A program made the position numbers and the translations under genes. Below the pieces are notes generated by a model. The model was not told the origin of the DNA. It ran no database searches and was given only the letters and a program-made list of their open reading frames with translations. 64,000 nt of DNA from Octopus vulgaris (lineage: Eukaryota), in contig OX597822.1 of the NCBI GenBank assembly GCA_951406725.2, positions 80,104,001 through 80,168,000 on the forward strand, in the 5' to 3' direction. Positions 41,413 to 55,155 of the stretch are shown one piece after another (positions within the stretch are counted from its first letter, which is position 1; each line of letters starts with the position of its first letter).

Positions 41413-44115
41413 GTCATATGGGCAAGTTCGAGGACTGCCTTTTAAAAATAAAGAAGTTCAATTCTAACATTAGAACAACACATAAGTGTACTTCTTATGG
41501 GAGACTTCAATCTACCGAATGTCAGATGGCCCGAGGGCCTTTCTCTCCCAGGAATGACAAGATGTGAACGTGGACAGGCGAGGTCCCTCCTGAACCTCAC
41601 CAACACCCTGTACATGGAGCAAGTAATACTGCAACCAACCAGAGCAGGTAACACACTGGATCTCTGCTTCACAAATAATATGGATCTCATCCATAATGTG
41701 AAAGTGACACCGACACTACTCTCGGATCACAACATGGTAGAGCTGACCATGTACGGGCCAAAAGAGAGCACGGACATGCAGCCTACAAGAAACCCTCAGA
41801 ATCTTTCCAGCTTGAACTTCAATAAGGCAAACTGGAAACAAATTGAGAAAGAGATCCTCAAACAAAACTGGCCTGAATGTCTCTCCTCGCCGGACATCGA
41901 CATGATCCTTCAACAATTCATGTCTGTAATGCAAGCCATATGCTACAAATGTGTCCCAGAGAGAAAGGCCACTGTACACAAGAACAAAATCCCCAGAGAG
42001 AGGAAAATTTTAATGAGACGGCGTACAAAAATTTCAAATCGCCTAAACAAACAAATTGAAAGTAGTGAAAAGTCCCGCCTGAAAATAAAACTGTTGGAAA
42101 TTGAAAATTGTCTGCAACTTTCCCATGAGAAGGAAAGAGCAGACAAAGAAGCCTGGGCTATAGACAACATAAAAACTAACCCCAGAGCTTTCTACAGGTA
42201 TGCCAAAGAAACGGCTACAGTGCACTGTAGGATAGGGCCACTCCTTGAAAAGGATGGCACACTCACAGGAAAACCAATGAGGGTTAGTGAAATACTGAAT
42301 GAACAATTCAAGAGTGTTTTCACTCCACCCCTTGGGCATTTCCAAATCAGCAATCCAACTGACTTCTTTACCACTGCAGATATAGAATCAGAGGCGGCGA
42401 CGATAAGTTACATCGAGATAAAGGAAGACGATGTAATAAAGGCTATAGATGAAATGAAAATAGACTCAGCTACTGGCCCCGATGGATTCCCGGCAATCCT
42501 CCTAAAAGTATGTAAGAGAGTCTTAGCAAGACCACTGCAGTCCCTCTTTCAGAGCTTCCTTGCAGCTGGCAAACTTCCAAGGGGACTGAAGGAAGGTAAA
42601 ATATGCCCTATTCATAAAGGAGGTAGCAGAGCGGAGGCAAAGAACTACAGACCTATCTCTCTGACCTCACACATCAGCAAGGTCATGGAACGAATAGTCA
42701 GAAGGAAACTAATCACCTTCCTTGAAGAAAATGACTTGCTGCCTGACACCCAACATGGTTTCCGACCAGGAATAAGCTGCTTAACTCAGCTCCTGCAGCA
42801 CTATGACTGGGTGCTGAAACAACTGCTCAACCACTCAAATGTGGAAGTCATATATCTCGACTTCGCAAAGGCCTTCGATAAAGTCGATCACGGAATGATA
42901 TGTCACAGGCTGCGTGATCTTGGCATAGTTGGAAAACTAGGAGAATGGCTTCACGACTTTCTCAAGAATAGAAGTCAGGTGGTAGTAGCCAATGGGGCCA
43001 CTTCCATTAACACGCAAATAATGAGTGGTGTTCCACAGGGCACTGTTTTGGGACCACTACTGTTCATAATGGCCCTCTCAGACATGCCCTCAGCCACGCA
43101 GAGATCCACGATCACAAGTTATGCAGATGATACAAAAGTTTCACAGGCAATACAGAACCCTGAGGACACTAAAAACCTGCAATGTGAGCTGGACGAAATA
43201 TACAAGTGGGCTGAAAAGAATAGCATGCAGTTCAATGCTGGAAAGTTTCAAGCTTTATACTATCAGCATGCAAAACTGAATGCAATACCCAATGAATACA
43301 CTGGACCCGGAGGGATTGCAATCCCAGAGGCACAATCAGTGCGTGACCTGGGTATTCACATGAGTGATGACGCGACCTTTCATGTACATGTTGCTAAACT
43401 GACAGTGAAATGTAGACGGCTGGCTGGCTGGATTCTTAGAACCTTTAGAACAAGAGAACAAGAAACCATGATGGTCCTCTGGAAGACACTTGTCCTAAGC
43501 CACTTTGACTATTGCTCTCAGCTATGGTCACCATCCAGTGTCAAGTTGATCACAGAACTTGAGGCGATCCAACGAAGCTACACAAAGAAGATAGCCTCTA
43601 TGCAGAATGTAAGCTACTGGGAAAGACTCAAGAGATTAAAATTATACTCCCTGGAGCGTAGGCGGGAAAGATATGCCATAATATACATCTGGAAGATCCT
43701 GGAGGGAAGTGTCCTGAACTTTGGCATCGAGAGTTACACAAATGCCAGAACTGGGCGCCACTGCGTGGTGCCTAGGACTCCAAACCTGCCATCAAGATGT
43801 AGGACAAGATTCTGTGATAGCCTGGGCTTCCGAGGCCCACAGCTCTTCAATATCCTCCCGAAGAACCTGAGAGACCTGCATGGGGTGGATACAGATGTCT
43901 TTAAAATGAAGCTGGATCTCTTCCTGTCAGGTGTCCCAGATGAACCAACTTCACGGCAGGAGGGGCAGATGAGGGCAGCTGCATCGAACTCTCTCATGCA
44001 CCAAATAGCAGTTGCTAGAAAGCCCCCATGAAGTAAAACCAAGTAGCAACACCAAATGGCGGTGCCCCAGCATGGCCACAGCTCATAGGCTGGAACTGGA
44101 ATCAATCAATCAATC
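41413..44115 (+). mobile_element. CR1/L2-group LINE copy 3, 5'-truncated within APE
   Basis: Starts at the position equivalent to ~28138 of copy 1; ends (AATC)n then (TA)n at 44116-44310. Confidence 0.93.
41497..44031 (+). CDS. Uninterrupted 844-aa ORF2 portion (C-terminal half of APE + complete RT)
   Basis: Open frame with GDFN, SDH, RT motifs, YADD and C-terminal LYSLERRRERY, PQLFNILP, FK.KLD.FL. Confidence 0.9.
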   Translation: MGDFNLPNVRWPEGLSLPGMTRCERGQARSLLNLTNTLYMEQVILQPTRAGNTLDLCFTNNMDLIHNVKVTPTLLSDHNMVELTMYGPKESTDMQPTRNPQNLSSLNFNKANWKQIEKEILKQNWPECLSSPDIDMILQQFMSVMQAICYKCVPERKATVHKNKIPRERKILMRRRTKISNRLNKQIESSEKSRLKIKLLEIENCLQLSHEKERADKEAWAIDNIKTNPRAFYRYAKETATVHCRIGPLLEKDGTLTGKPMRVSEILNEQFKSVFTPPLGHFQISNPTDFFTTADIESEAATISYIEIKEDDVIKAIDEMKIDSATGPDGFPAILLKVCKRVLARPLQSLFQSFLAAGKLPRGLKEGKICPIHKGGSRAEAKNYRPISLTSHISKVMERIVRRKLITFLEENDLLPDTQHGFRPGISCLTQLLQHYDWVLKQLLNHSNVEVIYLDFAKAFDKVDHGMICHRLRDLGIVGKLGEWLHDFLKNRSQVVVANGATSINTQIMSGVPQGTVLGPLLFIMALSDMPSATQRSTITSYADDTKVSQAIQNPEDTKNLQCELDEIYKWAEKNSMQFNAGKFQALYYQHAKLNAIPNEYTGPGGIAIPEAQSVRDLGIHMSDDATFHVHVAKLTVKCRRLAGWILRTFRTREQETMMVLWKTLVLSHFDYCSQLWSPSSVKLITELEAIQRSYTKKIASMQNVSYWERLKRLKLYSLERRRERYAIIYIWKILEGSVLNFGIESYTNARTGRHCVVPRTPNLPSRCRTRFCDSLGFRGPQLFNILPKNLRDLHGVDTDVFKMKLDLFLSGVPDEPTSRQEGQMRAAASNSLMHQIAVARKPP

Positions 44116-44210
44116 ATATATTTATTTTTTTTATATATATATATATATATATATTTATTTTTTTATATATATATATATATTTATTTTTTTATATATATAT
44201 ATATATTTAT

Positions 44211-44246
<36 letters not shown>

Positions 44247-45100
44247 TTTTTTATATATATATATATATATATATTATATATTTTTATATATATATATATA
44301 TATATATACATAATGTGATCAGTCGATTCAGCTGAAAATATGCAGACCTATGTCAAAAGTGCTGGCAAGTTTGCATGACAACTATTTTTTTCCTCAAACG
44401 AAACGCGTGACCTCTAGGACAAAATTCCTCATCTTATAAAATGCGGCCCCAGTACAACCGAATGAAATCGGGTTATATTGACCAAAATGTGAAAAGGGGT
44501 CTAAATGGGGCTGGAAGGGGGTTAAAATTTAAAGGAGCGGGTGTTTAGGAATTCTCTGTTAGATCAAGCTAAAAAATTTGCGCCAGCCTTTTAATCGTCA
44601 ATGTGTTGCTGTCCATGATGAAGTTTTGAATGCTTGCCATGGTGAGTCTACTGTCGTGAGAAAGAATCACTTCAAAACTTGGTGTTTAGGGATTTTCTTT
44701 TAAATCAAGTTCAAAATTTTACGCCAGCCGTTAAACTGTCAAAACGTTGCTGTCCGTCGTTAACAAATGCCAGCCATGGTGACTCTACTATCCTCAGATT
44801 CTATCCCTTCAAACTTTGGTTTCCAATATTTTATTTTTATTCAGCTCGCAAGTTCGTCTGTCCCTTTTAAATGTTAGCGTTTTGCTGTCTGCCTTCAAGC
44901 AGACCTTTCCGTTGCCACTGCCTGATATTTATGATTGATCTTTCTAAATATTTTATTTCTCAACTTACTCAAGATCTTTTGTTTATAAATGGGAGGGAGA
45001 TAGATAAAGATAGAGAGTAAGAGAAAGCAAGGGAGAGTCCGAGAGAAAAGAAAAGTAAGTGGGAAAGTGAGAGAGAAAGGAGAGAAACAAAGAGGGAGAA

Positions 45101-45410
45101 TCATCATCATCGCTTAACGTCCGTTTTCCGTGCTAGCACGGGTTGGACAGTTTGACCGGGGTCTGGGAAGCCAGGAGGCTGCACCAGGCTCCAGTCTGAT
45201 CTGGCAGTGTTTCTACAGGTTGATGACCTTCCTAACGCCAATCACTCTGTCAGTGTAGTGGGTGCTTTTTTCGTGCCGCCGGCACAGGTGCCAGGGGGGC
45301 TCGCAGCGGAAACGATCGGTTGGTGCTTTTTACGTGCCACCGGCACAAGCCAGTCAAGGCGACACTGCAATCGGCCATGTTCGGATGGTGCTTTTTACGT
45401 GCTGAAAGGA
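45101..45410 (-). mobile_element. SINE-like repeat with (GAT)n tail (RTE-type 3' end) and internal short repeats
   Basis: catcatcatcgcttaacgtccgttttccgtgctagcacgggttggac end; three ggtgcttttt(a/t)cgtgc repeats. Confidence 0.55.
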
Positions 45411-45437
45411 AGCAACAGAAAGTAACAACCACACTCT

Positions 45438-45470
45438 TACCCGCGCGTAGAGCGGGTCACCTTCAGCTAG
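45438..45470 (+). mobile_element. Helitron-type 3' terminus (element probably starts near 44311)
   Basis: Hairpin acccgc-gcgtaga-gcgggt followed 9 nt later by CTAG then T. Confidence 0.55.
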
Positions 45471-45499
45471 TATATATAATATATATATATATATATAAC

Positions 45500-46900
45500 A
45501 AAGTAATTGTTTCTTATTAGGAAACCTTTTCCCTCACAATTGGGATAATACCATCGATAATAAATTTGCTGATTCTGCCCAAATCAGACTTTGTCGGGCA
45601 TATCAATCTAATCGAACGATTAGAAAAAAAATCAGATTTATGGTCCTTCAATAAAGCTTGGTGGGTATTTGGAACATAAGGTTGGGTTCTATCAAGCAAG
45701 CGCAAACCAGAGATTATTTCTAGATGATTAGCATTAATCTTATCTACAGCATTTTTACTTGCATGTTTATAGCAGGAGTTTAACTCCTTCAATATCAAGT
45801 CGTTATACATCTTTGGTGGTACGGAATAAATATTTCCGGTTTTATCAGACAATACATGTAGGTCAGGAGCTGATTTCATGGACGATATCTTCTGAGATAG
45901 CAGCTTCTGGAAGGGATTGGTGTATTTTGAAAATTTCAAACGCTTAAGTTCATCAAGTCTTGTTCAAACTTAGCAAGAGCTGGGTTGGATGGAGGATTTA
46001 TATAGGTTTTAAGGTTAAAATTATTTTTCTCGTCGGGAAAGTCAGGTTCATTCCAACTGTTGTCACTCTTATTATTATTTTTCAAGTCAAAGAAGTAGGC
46101 TCGCCATCTTAGCCTGTTAATGAATTCCGTGGTTCGATGGATCAATGATTCCATGTATGCATTATTCGAGGGTATGGGAATATTCTTTGTGGAAAAACCT
46201 AGACAGTGTTTATTCACTATGCAGCCTATATGAAGTGCTCAAAAGAGCAAAAGTATCAATAATAAAGTGATTGTTTCTTATCAGGAACAAAATGTATAAT
46301 AGGACTGCTATAGAAGTGCTCAATTAAATGAGGCAAATATATTAAACTATGGTTGCAGAACAAACAAATATAAGGTCATCCACGTAACATATATCTCGAA
46401 CATTTAATCACAATGCTTTTTCTTTCACATAGAATATACATGCATAAAATCACGGAAGATGAAACACAACTCATCAATACAAGCATATAAGAAAAATATA
46501 AGAAAAATGTGTGAATATAGTCCATTGCGGTTAAAAGTTAATGATTAATACTTTAGCGACTAAAATATATATATATTTTAACATTATAACATCTAGAATA
46601 ATAAATACATAAAAATATAAAGAAATATATAAATATATAAAAAGATATAAAAATACATATATATAAGAAACATAAATAAATAATATATAAGGTAAGATAA
46701 AAGTTCATCGTTTAGAAAGTTTTTCGATTAAAAATTACTTTTCAAAATAAGGGAAAACCTATTGTTAAAAGCCAGTGTCCAAGCAAAAAAAAAACAGAAA
46801 CCATATTTACATTCCCTATGGCCATTTCAGGGGTTCATCACCGTATTTAATGCACGAGGGTGCATCACGATAATTACTCCTTCATCAGGGGAAAAGTAAA
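45500..46900 (-). mobile_element. Penelope-like element 5' part (pLTR with hammerhead + RT N-terminal ORF), 3'-truncated
   Basis: FSTKNIPIPS, RLRWRAYFF, SDKTGNIY, LKDHK..IRLICPTKSDLGRISK in ORFs 45936-46217 and 45517-45939 (one frameshift); HHR upstream on the same strand. Confidence 0.8.
46812..46893 (-). ncRNA. Type I hammerhead ribozyme
   Basis: ttccc CTGATGA [agg..long stem II..cct] GAAA tggcca TA gggaa; complete core, stem I ttccc/gggaa, palindromic stem III, AUA triplet. Confidence 0.85.
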
Positions 46901-47470
46901 GAAACACGCATTACACACCAGGGCGAGACGTCCTTAACCAAACCTCATGCAATATTGCATGGTTTCGTATTTATGATGTCATGCTCAGACCAGCCCAAAT
47001 ATTCAAAATTAAAAAAAGGAGAGACTAATGAAAGGAGATTTATACAAATGAACATCAATACTAGAAGTACATTTATAGATTTTTAAATATCACTATCTTG
47101 TATAACTTCGTGAATGCTTATGCTTATATGTATTATCTAATAAAACCCAGTATAGCATTCCTTTATTTCTTTATGTCGGTGGTTAGGTATTTATGTATAC
47201 AGTCCTAAATAGGTTTGAAAGATGAAAATTGTTCGTTATTCATTGTACATAGTCATTTAATCCTCTTTTTCTCCGGCTTTGCATGCCATTTTCCTATGAT
47301 TACATCAAGAAGGCTTCCTTATTCTCTTCATCTGCAATACAATATAATATTGAACATGGTTATACACATGAAAATAATTGGGGCGTTACATATCAGAATC
47401 AGTGAAGCATTCAACACATTTAGCTCCGAACTACGATTTTTGCATAGGTTCGGCTTTTCTTTATATCTGT

Positions 47471-47508
<38 letters not shown>

Positions 47509-48040
47509 GCACGTACACATATTTATATTCATAAAGTATCTTTGAAGTCGACTTAATTATCGATATCCAAATCCCAAATTAATAGACTTGAGCCAATATT
47601 TGAGGTCATTGTTGTAATTTTCCACCAGACTTATTTTTATAATTTTATTCTCTGCTCGACCGAACGAAGCTCAATATATTATGAGCGTGTATTTCTTTGA
47701 AAGTTTCTATTGAATTAAAAGTACTCTAATACCTGTAAGTGCGATGACGAAGAGTACCATGACATATATTTGTGAGTATGTGTGTATGTTCCCAACTTTG
47801 ACACTCCATAAATCCCAAATCTTATTTTGGTACTTATGGCAGCAACTGTCTTCGAAGACCCATATTGTCTTCCAATGCTCGAAACGAGGAGTAGATAGGC
47901 AGCCAACAACTGATGAAGGGTTGTTCTTTACATTACTTGTCATGTTTTCTATTTGTTTCTCCCGTTGTTTGCGATTTCAACACATTTATTTTCGTATTTC
48001 ATGTTGTTTACTGTTGGTAACATCCTGTACACATATATGC

Positions 48041-48082
<42 letters not shown>

Positions 48083-48164
48083 GTGTGTGTGTGTGTGTGT
48101 ATATTTCTCCTATTTAGTGAAACATTGCAGACTACTGTTTATATATATATATATATATAATGGA

Positions 48165-48620
48165 TCTATTTTCGTTATCCTAATAAGGGAAATCAGAGGC
48201 TTCGTTCCGACCAGGCTTCGGAAAATATTGCCAAAGAAGGCAAAATATTGCCAAGAAGTTTGTACAAGTTATGTTTGGAATTCTGAGAGGGTGTTGCGCT
48301 TTGAACTTGTTCTGGACGGTCATACTGTGAACAATAATCTTTATGCTCGACAAATGCAACGAGTATATGATACTTTGAAAGCCTGCTACCCGGCATCGAT
48401 CAGTTGAAGACTCGCACTCCCATAGCATGAAAATATGGATTGCCAGTGTGACCAAGTTCAAACTTGAGAGGGACTGGAAGTGTCGCTTCATCCTGCTTAC
48501 AGTGTAGACTTGCACTTTAGATTACCCCCTTTCCCATACCATGATCCATTTCGTTCACGAACAAAGATTCAACATCGTGGATGAAGTTGAAAACGCGTGC
48601 AGGGAGTTGCCTACTTCTCC
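48165..48620 (+). pseudogene. Mariner transposase remnant
   Basis: VWNSERVLRFELVLDGHTVNNNLYARQMQRVYDTLKACYPA and HPAYSVDL (decayed HPAYSPDLAP). Confidence 0.75.
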
Positions 48621-48699
48621 CCTTTCTCCTCCTTGACGGAGCTGCAGTTCTTGGTGAAGAAAAGACCGAGACGGCTGAGACTGGGATCTAGAATATCGT

Positions 48700-49360
48700 C
48701 AGGCATCTTGTCGCCTCCTTCCCGTCTCTCTCAGCCCCCATGTCTCTGCACCACCACGCACAATCACGCCCTCATACACACCTCTTTTCGCTTTCATGCT
48801 CAACTATTTATCTCTCAGTATACCTTTCACAACTCCAAGTATATTACTCCCCGCTCACTCAGCCAACCCCCATCCGCCGTCATATGTGATCCCAGATACT
48901 TAACAACACCGCCTCTAACACCTCACCATTTATACGCACATCCATCCTACTAGTTATTCTATCTCTCGAATATCTCATCATCTTAGCTACATCCACTTTC
49001 AGTTTCTTCCTCTCATAAACTCTTCCAAAATTTACCACCAGTCTCCTCAGCTACACTTCTGAATCCGCCACCAGTGCTGTATCATCAGTATACAACAACT
49101 GACTCACCTGCCATTTCTCTCCATTTCCTCCTATTATTTGGGCTCCCCTGCCAAAGGCTCTAGCATTTGCCTCTCTCACCACGCAATTCATATATAAATT
49201 AAACAGCCACGGAGGAATCACACTACCCTGTCTTAACCCCACCTTCACATCAGACCACTTACTTCACCACCCACCCTAACGCACACCATACTTTCTCCAT
49301 AACAACTCTGAACAGCTCTCAACAATCTACCATCTACTCCATACAACCGCAACACCTGCC
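48700..49360 (-). pseudogene. RTE-clade LINE reverse transcriptase remnant
   Basis: KVGLRQGSVIPPWLFNLYM..SQLLYTDDTALVADSE. Confidence 0.8.
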
Positions 49361-50711
49361 TGGTTATTGTCCTGGATATAACTGTAAAGTACACCCGGTA
49401 GTGGGACCTGGGGCCCTTTTTTCAGGGTTTGATGAGTGTGGAACCACCTCTTAGTCACTATTGTTCTCAGGTGTATTCTGTCCCGGAGTGCTAGCACCTG
49501 TAAAGATCCTAGCTATGGGTTAACTAGCAAATCCCCTTGCTACTCGTAGAATGGGGGGATCGGTAGAATGCAGTCACAGTATCTTCTGCGTAGCGTAAGA
49601 GACGACAAAAAGGGGCAGGAGCGAGGAGATTGGGAATTCTCTCCTCGTAATAAATCCATATTCCTAAAAAGACGGCAAGAAAAAAAATAAGGAACTGAAC
49701 AACCGTTTTTGTTATTTGCCCTACAGAGTAAAAATGACACAGAAAGAATATTTTACAAGCATAGAAATATTTTTTTATTTAAATTGCATCGTCTTCGTCG
49801 ACTAGTAAACGAAACAGAATAGTAAGAGATTTTGAAGTTCAAACCAGCTATCCCTGTCATCTCGTACCATAAATTCTACAGCCTTCGTAGAAAATGGAAA
49901 ACACTAGCTATAGAATTAGCAGCAACGACTAGAACAATAACAACAGAAACAAGGAAAACGAACGCAACAGCAAGGACAGGCAATGTTTGACTGTCTGATA
50001 GCGTAAGGAAAAAGGGTATGTGGTAGACCAGAATGAAAGGGCGGAGCCCTTATCAACGTATTCAAGTTTCACTTTGAAAAGAAAGTGAGTGGGTGGGGGG
50101 AACCCTGGTCACAACAATTTTGTTGAATTGTGGTTGAGAGTGGCAATGATGGTCCGAGTGAACGGGGCTGTTCTGAACATGCACCTGTGGATTAAAACAG
50201 GAGAATAAGGAGAGGGAACATGCCCAAGTGGTCAGGTTGACAGTATCTCTGTGAGATTTCCATGAGCAGCCACCGGAAGTTTCCTCACTATTCGGGCAAT
50301 ACTTGTATGAATTTGTCTCGTTTTCTGTTATTTTATTGCTTACAAGGTTTTATGTAGCCTAATATTGTATTGCATTCGATTAACCTGTATCATCCTTGGT
50401 AGATTTATAAATCTAGTTGATTGACTTATTGGCCGAGGAACTACTCAAACAATCGATTAGTTATTTGGCTAAATGTTAATTAACTTACTAAAAATAACAT
50501 AAGGAATATAAACTGTGCATGTGTTGATTATTGGCATTATGGCCCTCCCAAGATTCCGCAAAATCTGTTTCATCAAATTAGTTCACATCAAGAATCTTGC
50601 AAACCAATTACAAAAGCGCAATATTCTAAGCTCTCACCAAGCTCGAAGGCACTGAAAATTACTGTGTTCTGCTGTCTCAAGATCAGAAGAAACAACCTAT
50701 TACTCTCTTTA

Positions 50712-51119
50712 CTCTTTTACTTGTTTCAGCCATTTGACTGCGGCCATGCTAGAGCACCGCCTTTAGTCGAGCAAATCGACCCCGGGACTTATTCTTTGTA
50801 AGCCCAGTACTTATTCTGTCTCTTTTGCCGAACCGCTAGTTGACGGGGACGTAAACACACCAGCATCGGTTGTCAAGCGATGTTGGGGGGGGGGGGACAA
50901 ACACAGACACACAAACATATACACACATACATATATATATATACACATATATACGACAGGCGTCTTTCAGTTTCCGTCTACCAAATCCACTCACAAGGCA
51001 TTGGTCGGCCCGAAGCTATAGCAGAAGACACTTGCCCAAGATACCACGCAGTGGGACTGAACCCGGAACCATGTGGTTGGTAAGCAAAACTACTTACCAC
51101 ACAGCCACTCCTACGCCTA
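50712..51119 (-). mobile_element. Full-length SINE family A
   Basis: Head to tail match to 7755-8148. Confidence 0.88.
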
Positions 51120-51562
51120 TTTTTTTGTTTCCGTAAAAGAACGCATCACCTCCTAGCAGTATTCCAACGGCATGAATTCAGAGATGAGAAAATTCAAGCT
51201 CACCAAATAATTATAATAAAACATATATAAACTGGGAATAAGTTAGACAAACCTGAAATAGACCTGCAGCAGAGAGGGCATGTCATTATTGGGATTTCGA
51301 ATGATGATCATTGGAGATTGATTGGGTGATTGATTGATAGATTGACCGATTCACAGAATGATTAATCAGACAATCGATAAGATAGTTGATTTAACAAGTA
51401 GCGAATATCAAAGAAGTAAAATTAAACCAGTGTGTCAGTTTTTATCATCATTATAACCCACCCATCATACAACAAAATCTGTCTCACCTCACGAATTTTG
51501 AAAACCAAATACGGAAACTATATATATGTGTATATATATATATGTGTGTGTATATATATATA

Positions 51563-51629
<67 letters not shown>

Positions 51630-51644
51630 ATATATATATATATA

Positions 51645-51707
<63 letters not shown>

Positions 51708-52021
51708 GTGTGCGCGTGTCTGTATGTTTATGTATGTATGTATGTGAGTCTGTATGAATGAATGAATGTGTTTAAGAGAACTGGAACATATCCATAATTA
51801 ACTTATGTTATGACATATAGCCTACTGCCTTAATTAACTACAAAAGACTGGTTTCCAGCCTGAAAACAATTGACTCGCATCTTAAATCACGCGCGCGCAT
51901 GCGCGTACGCTCTTTCTCACACTAAAACAAAAGCTAACACACTTATATACATTCATATAATTAAGCATGCTTACATGAATAATTATGCACACAAATCCTA
52001 TATATATATATATATATATAC

Positions 52022-52388
52022 ATGCGCAGGTGTGGCTGTGTGGTAAGAAGCTTGCTTGACAACCACATGGTTCCGGGTTCAGTCCCACTGCGTGGCACCT
52101 TGGGTAAGTGTCTTCTGCTACAACCTCGGGCTGATCAAAGACTTGTCAGTGGATTTCGTAGACGGTAGCTGAAAGAAGCCCGTCGTATATATATATATAT
52201 ATATGTGTGTACCTATTTGACCAACCACCATCACTTGACAACCGATGTTGGTGTGTTTACGTACTCGTAATTTAGCGGTTCGGCAAAAGAGCCACTATAG
52301 AATAAGTACTAGGCTTACAAAGAATAAGTCCTGAGGTCGATTTGTTCGGCTAAAGGCGCAGTCGTATGACTGAAACAAAAGAATAAAA

Positions 52389-52421
<33 letters not shown>

Positions 52422-52530
52422 CGCACGAGCGGCTGTGTAGCAAGAAGCTTGCTGTCTTCTACTATAGTCTCGGGCCGACTAAAGGTGGTGCTTCAGCGTG
52501 GCTGCAGTCAAAATGATTGAATCAAGTATA
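52022..52530 (+). mobile_element. SINE family A (52022-52390) followed by an internally deleted copy (52420-52530)
   Basis: Head gcgcaggtgtggctgtgtggtaagaagcttgc; tail gactgaaacaaaagaataaaag. Confidence 0.8.
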
Positions 52531-52769
52531 ATACTTGATTCAGTCATTTATATTCAAGGCTCTGCTGAAGCTACAGTATGTTATTCTGGCACTCAACTAA
52601 GAGTCCACAATATCCTAGCGCAGAAACAGTCGTAAGCTAATAAATTTCATTACATAATGATTGTTTTTATCGCTGTCATTCTCTTTGTTTCTACTACCAA
52701 TCAATACTCATAACATTGTGCTCTGGTACATACGTATATTGAGGTTATTAGTGTCACTATTCTTAAGCG

Positions 52770-53400
52770 AAATATTTACGTGTGCACCGACAACAAATTA
52801 AAAATCCAGAAGTCCGCCAAATACTGCTGAGTAACCACCTAGCAACATGTGGTCAGAAAATATTTATAATATTTCAATTTCATAAACTATACAATCCGAA
52901 TGAAAGCAAGAGAAAACTGAGAGAAAAGGACTTTATTAATAAATTCAAACCCAAGCTTAATAAGCAATGATAAAAATTAATCTTATTTAAGGCTTAAAAT
53001 TCTTATCCTCGTGTCTAAAAAATAGAAATCTCTAAGACGTAATGCTGTCATCATTTCTAAAAACAGTGAATAATGATGTAGCATAATTTCTAAAAATAGC
53101 CATGCAACTACTACTTCTATCCACATGAATGTATATAAAGGACATATTTTAAACAGTCAACCACAGTTGAAACCAGTGAAGACATGTGGCACCAGGACAA
53201 TATGAAACTGAAGGTTGCTTAAATGTAACAAAGTATACTAGTTCAATAAGAATGGACATTTAATGCTTCATTTGTTTAATAAGAATAGACATTACTCCAT
53301 TTCATTTCCTTTTAATATTATAAGATTATAAATAAAACGTGAAAAACAGAGTTGGAATTCCTTTCAGTAATATATTCTTCGATACACAGTCATACAAACC
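52770..53400 (+). mobile_element. Penelope-like element 3' end (GIY-YIG C-terminus + pLTR with decayed hammerhead at ~53171-53217)
   Basis: HRQQIKNPEVRQILLSNHLATC..RKLREKDFINKFKPKLN; downstream aacc-agtgaaga-catgt..atatgaaactg-aa-ggtt. Confidence 0.65.
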
Positions 53401-53412
53401 CTTTTGTGTGTG

Positions 53413-53461
<49 letters not shown>

Positions 53462-53508
53462 CATACATGTACATAAGTATGCACACACACACATATACAC
53501 ACACACAT

Positions 53509-53576
<68 letters not shown>

Positions 53577-54220
53577 TCGATGGACTTCATCCAGTTTCTG
53601 TCTGCCAAATCCACTGAAGGCTTTTGTCGGCCCAAAGCTATAGTACGAGACACTCACCCAAGGTGCCGCGCAGTTGGACAGAAACCGGAACCATGTGGTT
53701 GGGAAGCAAAATTCTTATCACACAGCCACGCCTGCGTCTCAGTATGTGTCTCTATAAACCTAAGTTTCATTCAATACTGAGACCATTCTAGATTTGAGAG
53801 CATCACCCAGTGGCGTCTTTATTTCTTATTTTATGTCAGTGAAGCCCTCTCATGGAGCGAATTATTAAAGGAAACATATTCGAGTGCGTTTTATTTGGCA
53901 TTCATTGGAGAAAAATTGGTTTTGTGTTTAAAAGACTCGTTTTGCAACGGCGGTGTTATCTACAATGGCCTCAACCAAAGTAATGGCATTGTGACTGAAT
54001 ATGGTTGACAGAAATTGTGGAAGCCGTTCAAATATACGTATGTATGTATGCTGTTATTCAGTTTATTTCAAGAATTCTTGCCAATACAGAAAGAACCGGT
54101 TTCTAAACTAGATAAAAGGCTCCTTCATTTGAATTTCAACAACAACAACAAGGTATTTTTGTTTGTATGTATGCTTATATGCATTTTTGTATTGTACGTA
54201 TATATACATACATATATATC

Positions 54221-54270
<50 letters not shown>

Positions 54271-54959
54271 CATATATATATATTCTCATGCATATAGTCG
54301 CATATCTAGACATGCTCATATATATTTAAAAGATAAACTTCTGGGAAGTTTTACAGATCTCTACAGTTCCAATGATGGACTGGATATGTAGTCTTCGAAG
54401 AAGCCTAATTTCTCAAGATTGGTATTTAGGCATTGTGTTACATATCCCAGAGCCCCAATAACTACAGGTATAAACCTGAACCTGTAATCTAGATAGAGTA
54501 ACTACAGATTTCTCAATAGTTCAGCATGTATGTATGTATGTATGTATGTATGTGGTGTGTATTTCTTAGTGCATGTATGTATATGTGTGTGAGTGTTTGT
54601 GTATCTTAGTATCTGTGTGAGTTCCTTTGTGTCTGTGTTTGTCCCACTCCAGTTAACTGTTGCAGTGTTGTTTACGTATGCATCACTTAGCGCTTCGGCA
54701 AAAGTAACCGCTAGAATATATTACCAGACTTAACAAAATAAAAGTACTGGGGATGATTTGTTCGACTGAAACTCCTGAAGGCGCTGCCCCAGCATGGTCA
54801 CAATTAAATGACTGAAACATGTAAAAGGTTGAAAGATTGCACTAGTTGAAGTTAATGAAACCTTGCTTTGACTGATTCTTAGCAAAATAATATTTGATAG
54901 GACGGGGCCATCTGAGACTAAACATAACAAAATGTGCAAGACGGTGATTTGGAAGAAAA

Positions 54960-55155
54960 TTTAGCACGCCGGGCGAAATGTTTAGCGGGATTCTGTCTGT
55001 CTTTACGTTCTGAGTTCAAATTCCGCTGAGGTAGACTTTGCCATTCATCCTTTCGGTATCGATAAATTAAGTACCAGTTGCATACTGGGGTCGATCAAAT
55101 CGACCTACGCCTTCCCCCAAATTTCGGGCATTGTGGCTAGAGTAGAAAAGAATAT
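54960..55155 (+). mobile_element. SINE family B (Meta/Deu-like core)
   Basis: gttctgagttcaaattcc B box; catcctttcggtatcgataaattaagtaccag core; same family as 1943-2079. Confidence 0.75.

Noticed and set aside
45930-45945. In-frame TGA in the PLE ORF as selenocysteine/readthrough
   Set aside because: Homology continues in a different frame, so it is a simple frameshift.
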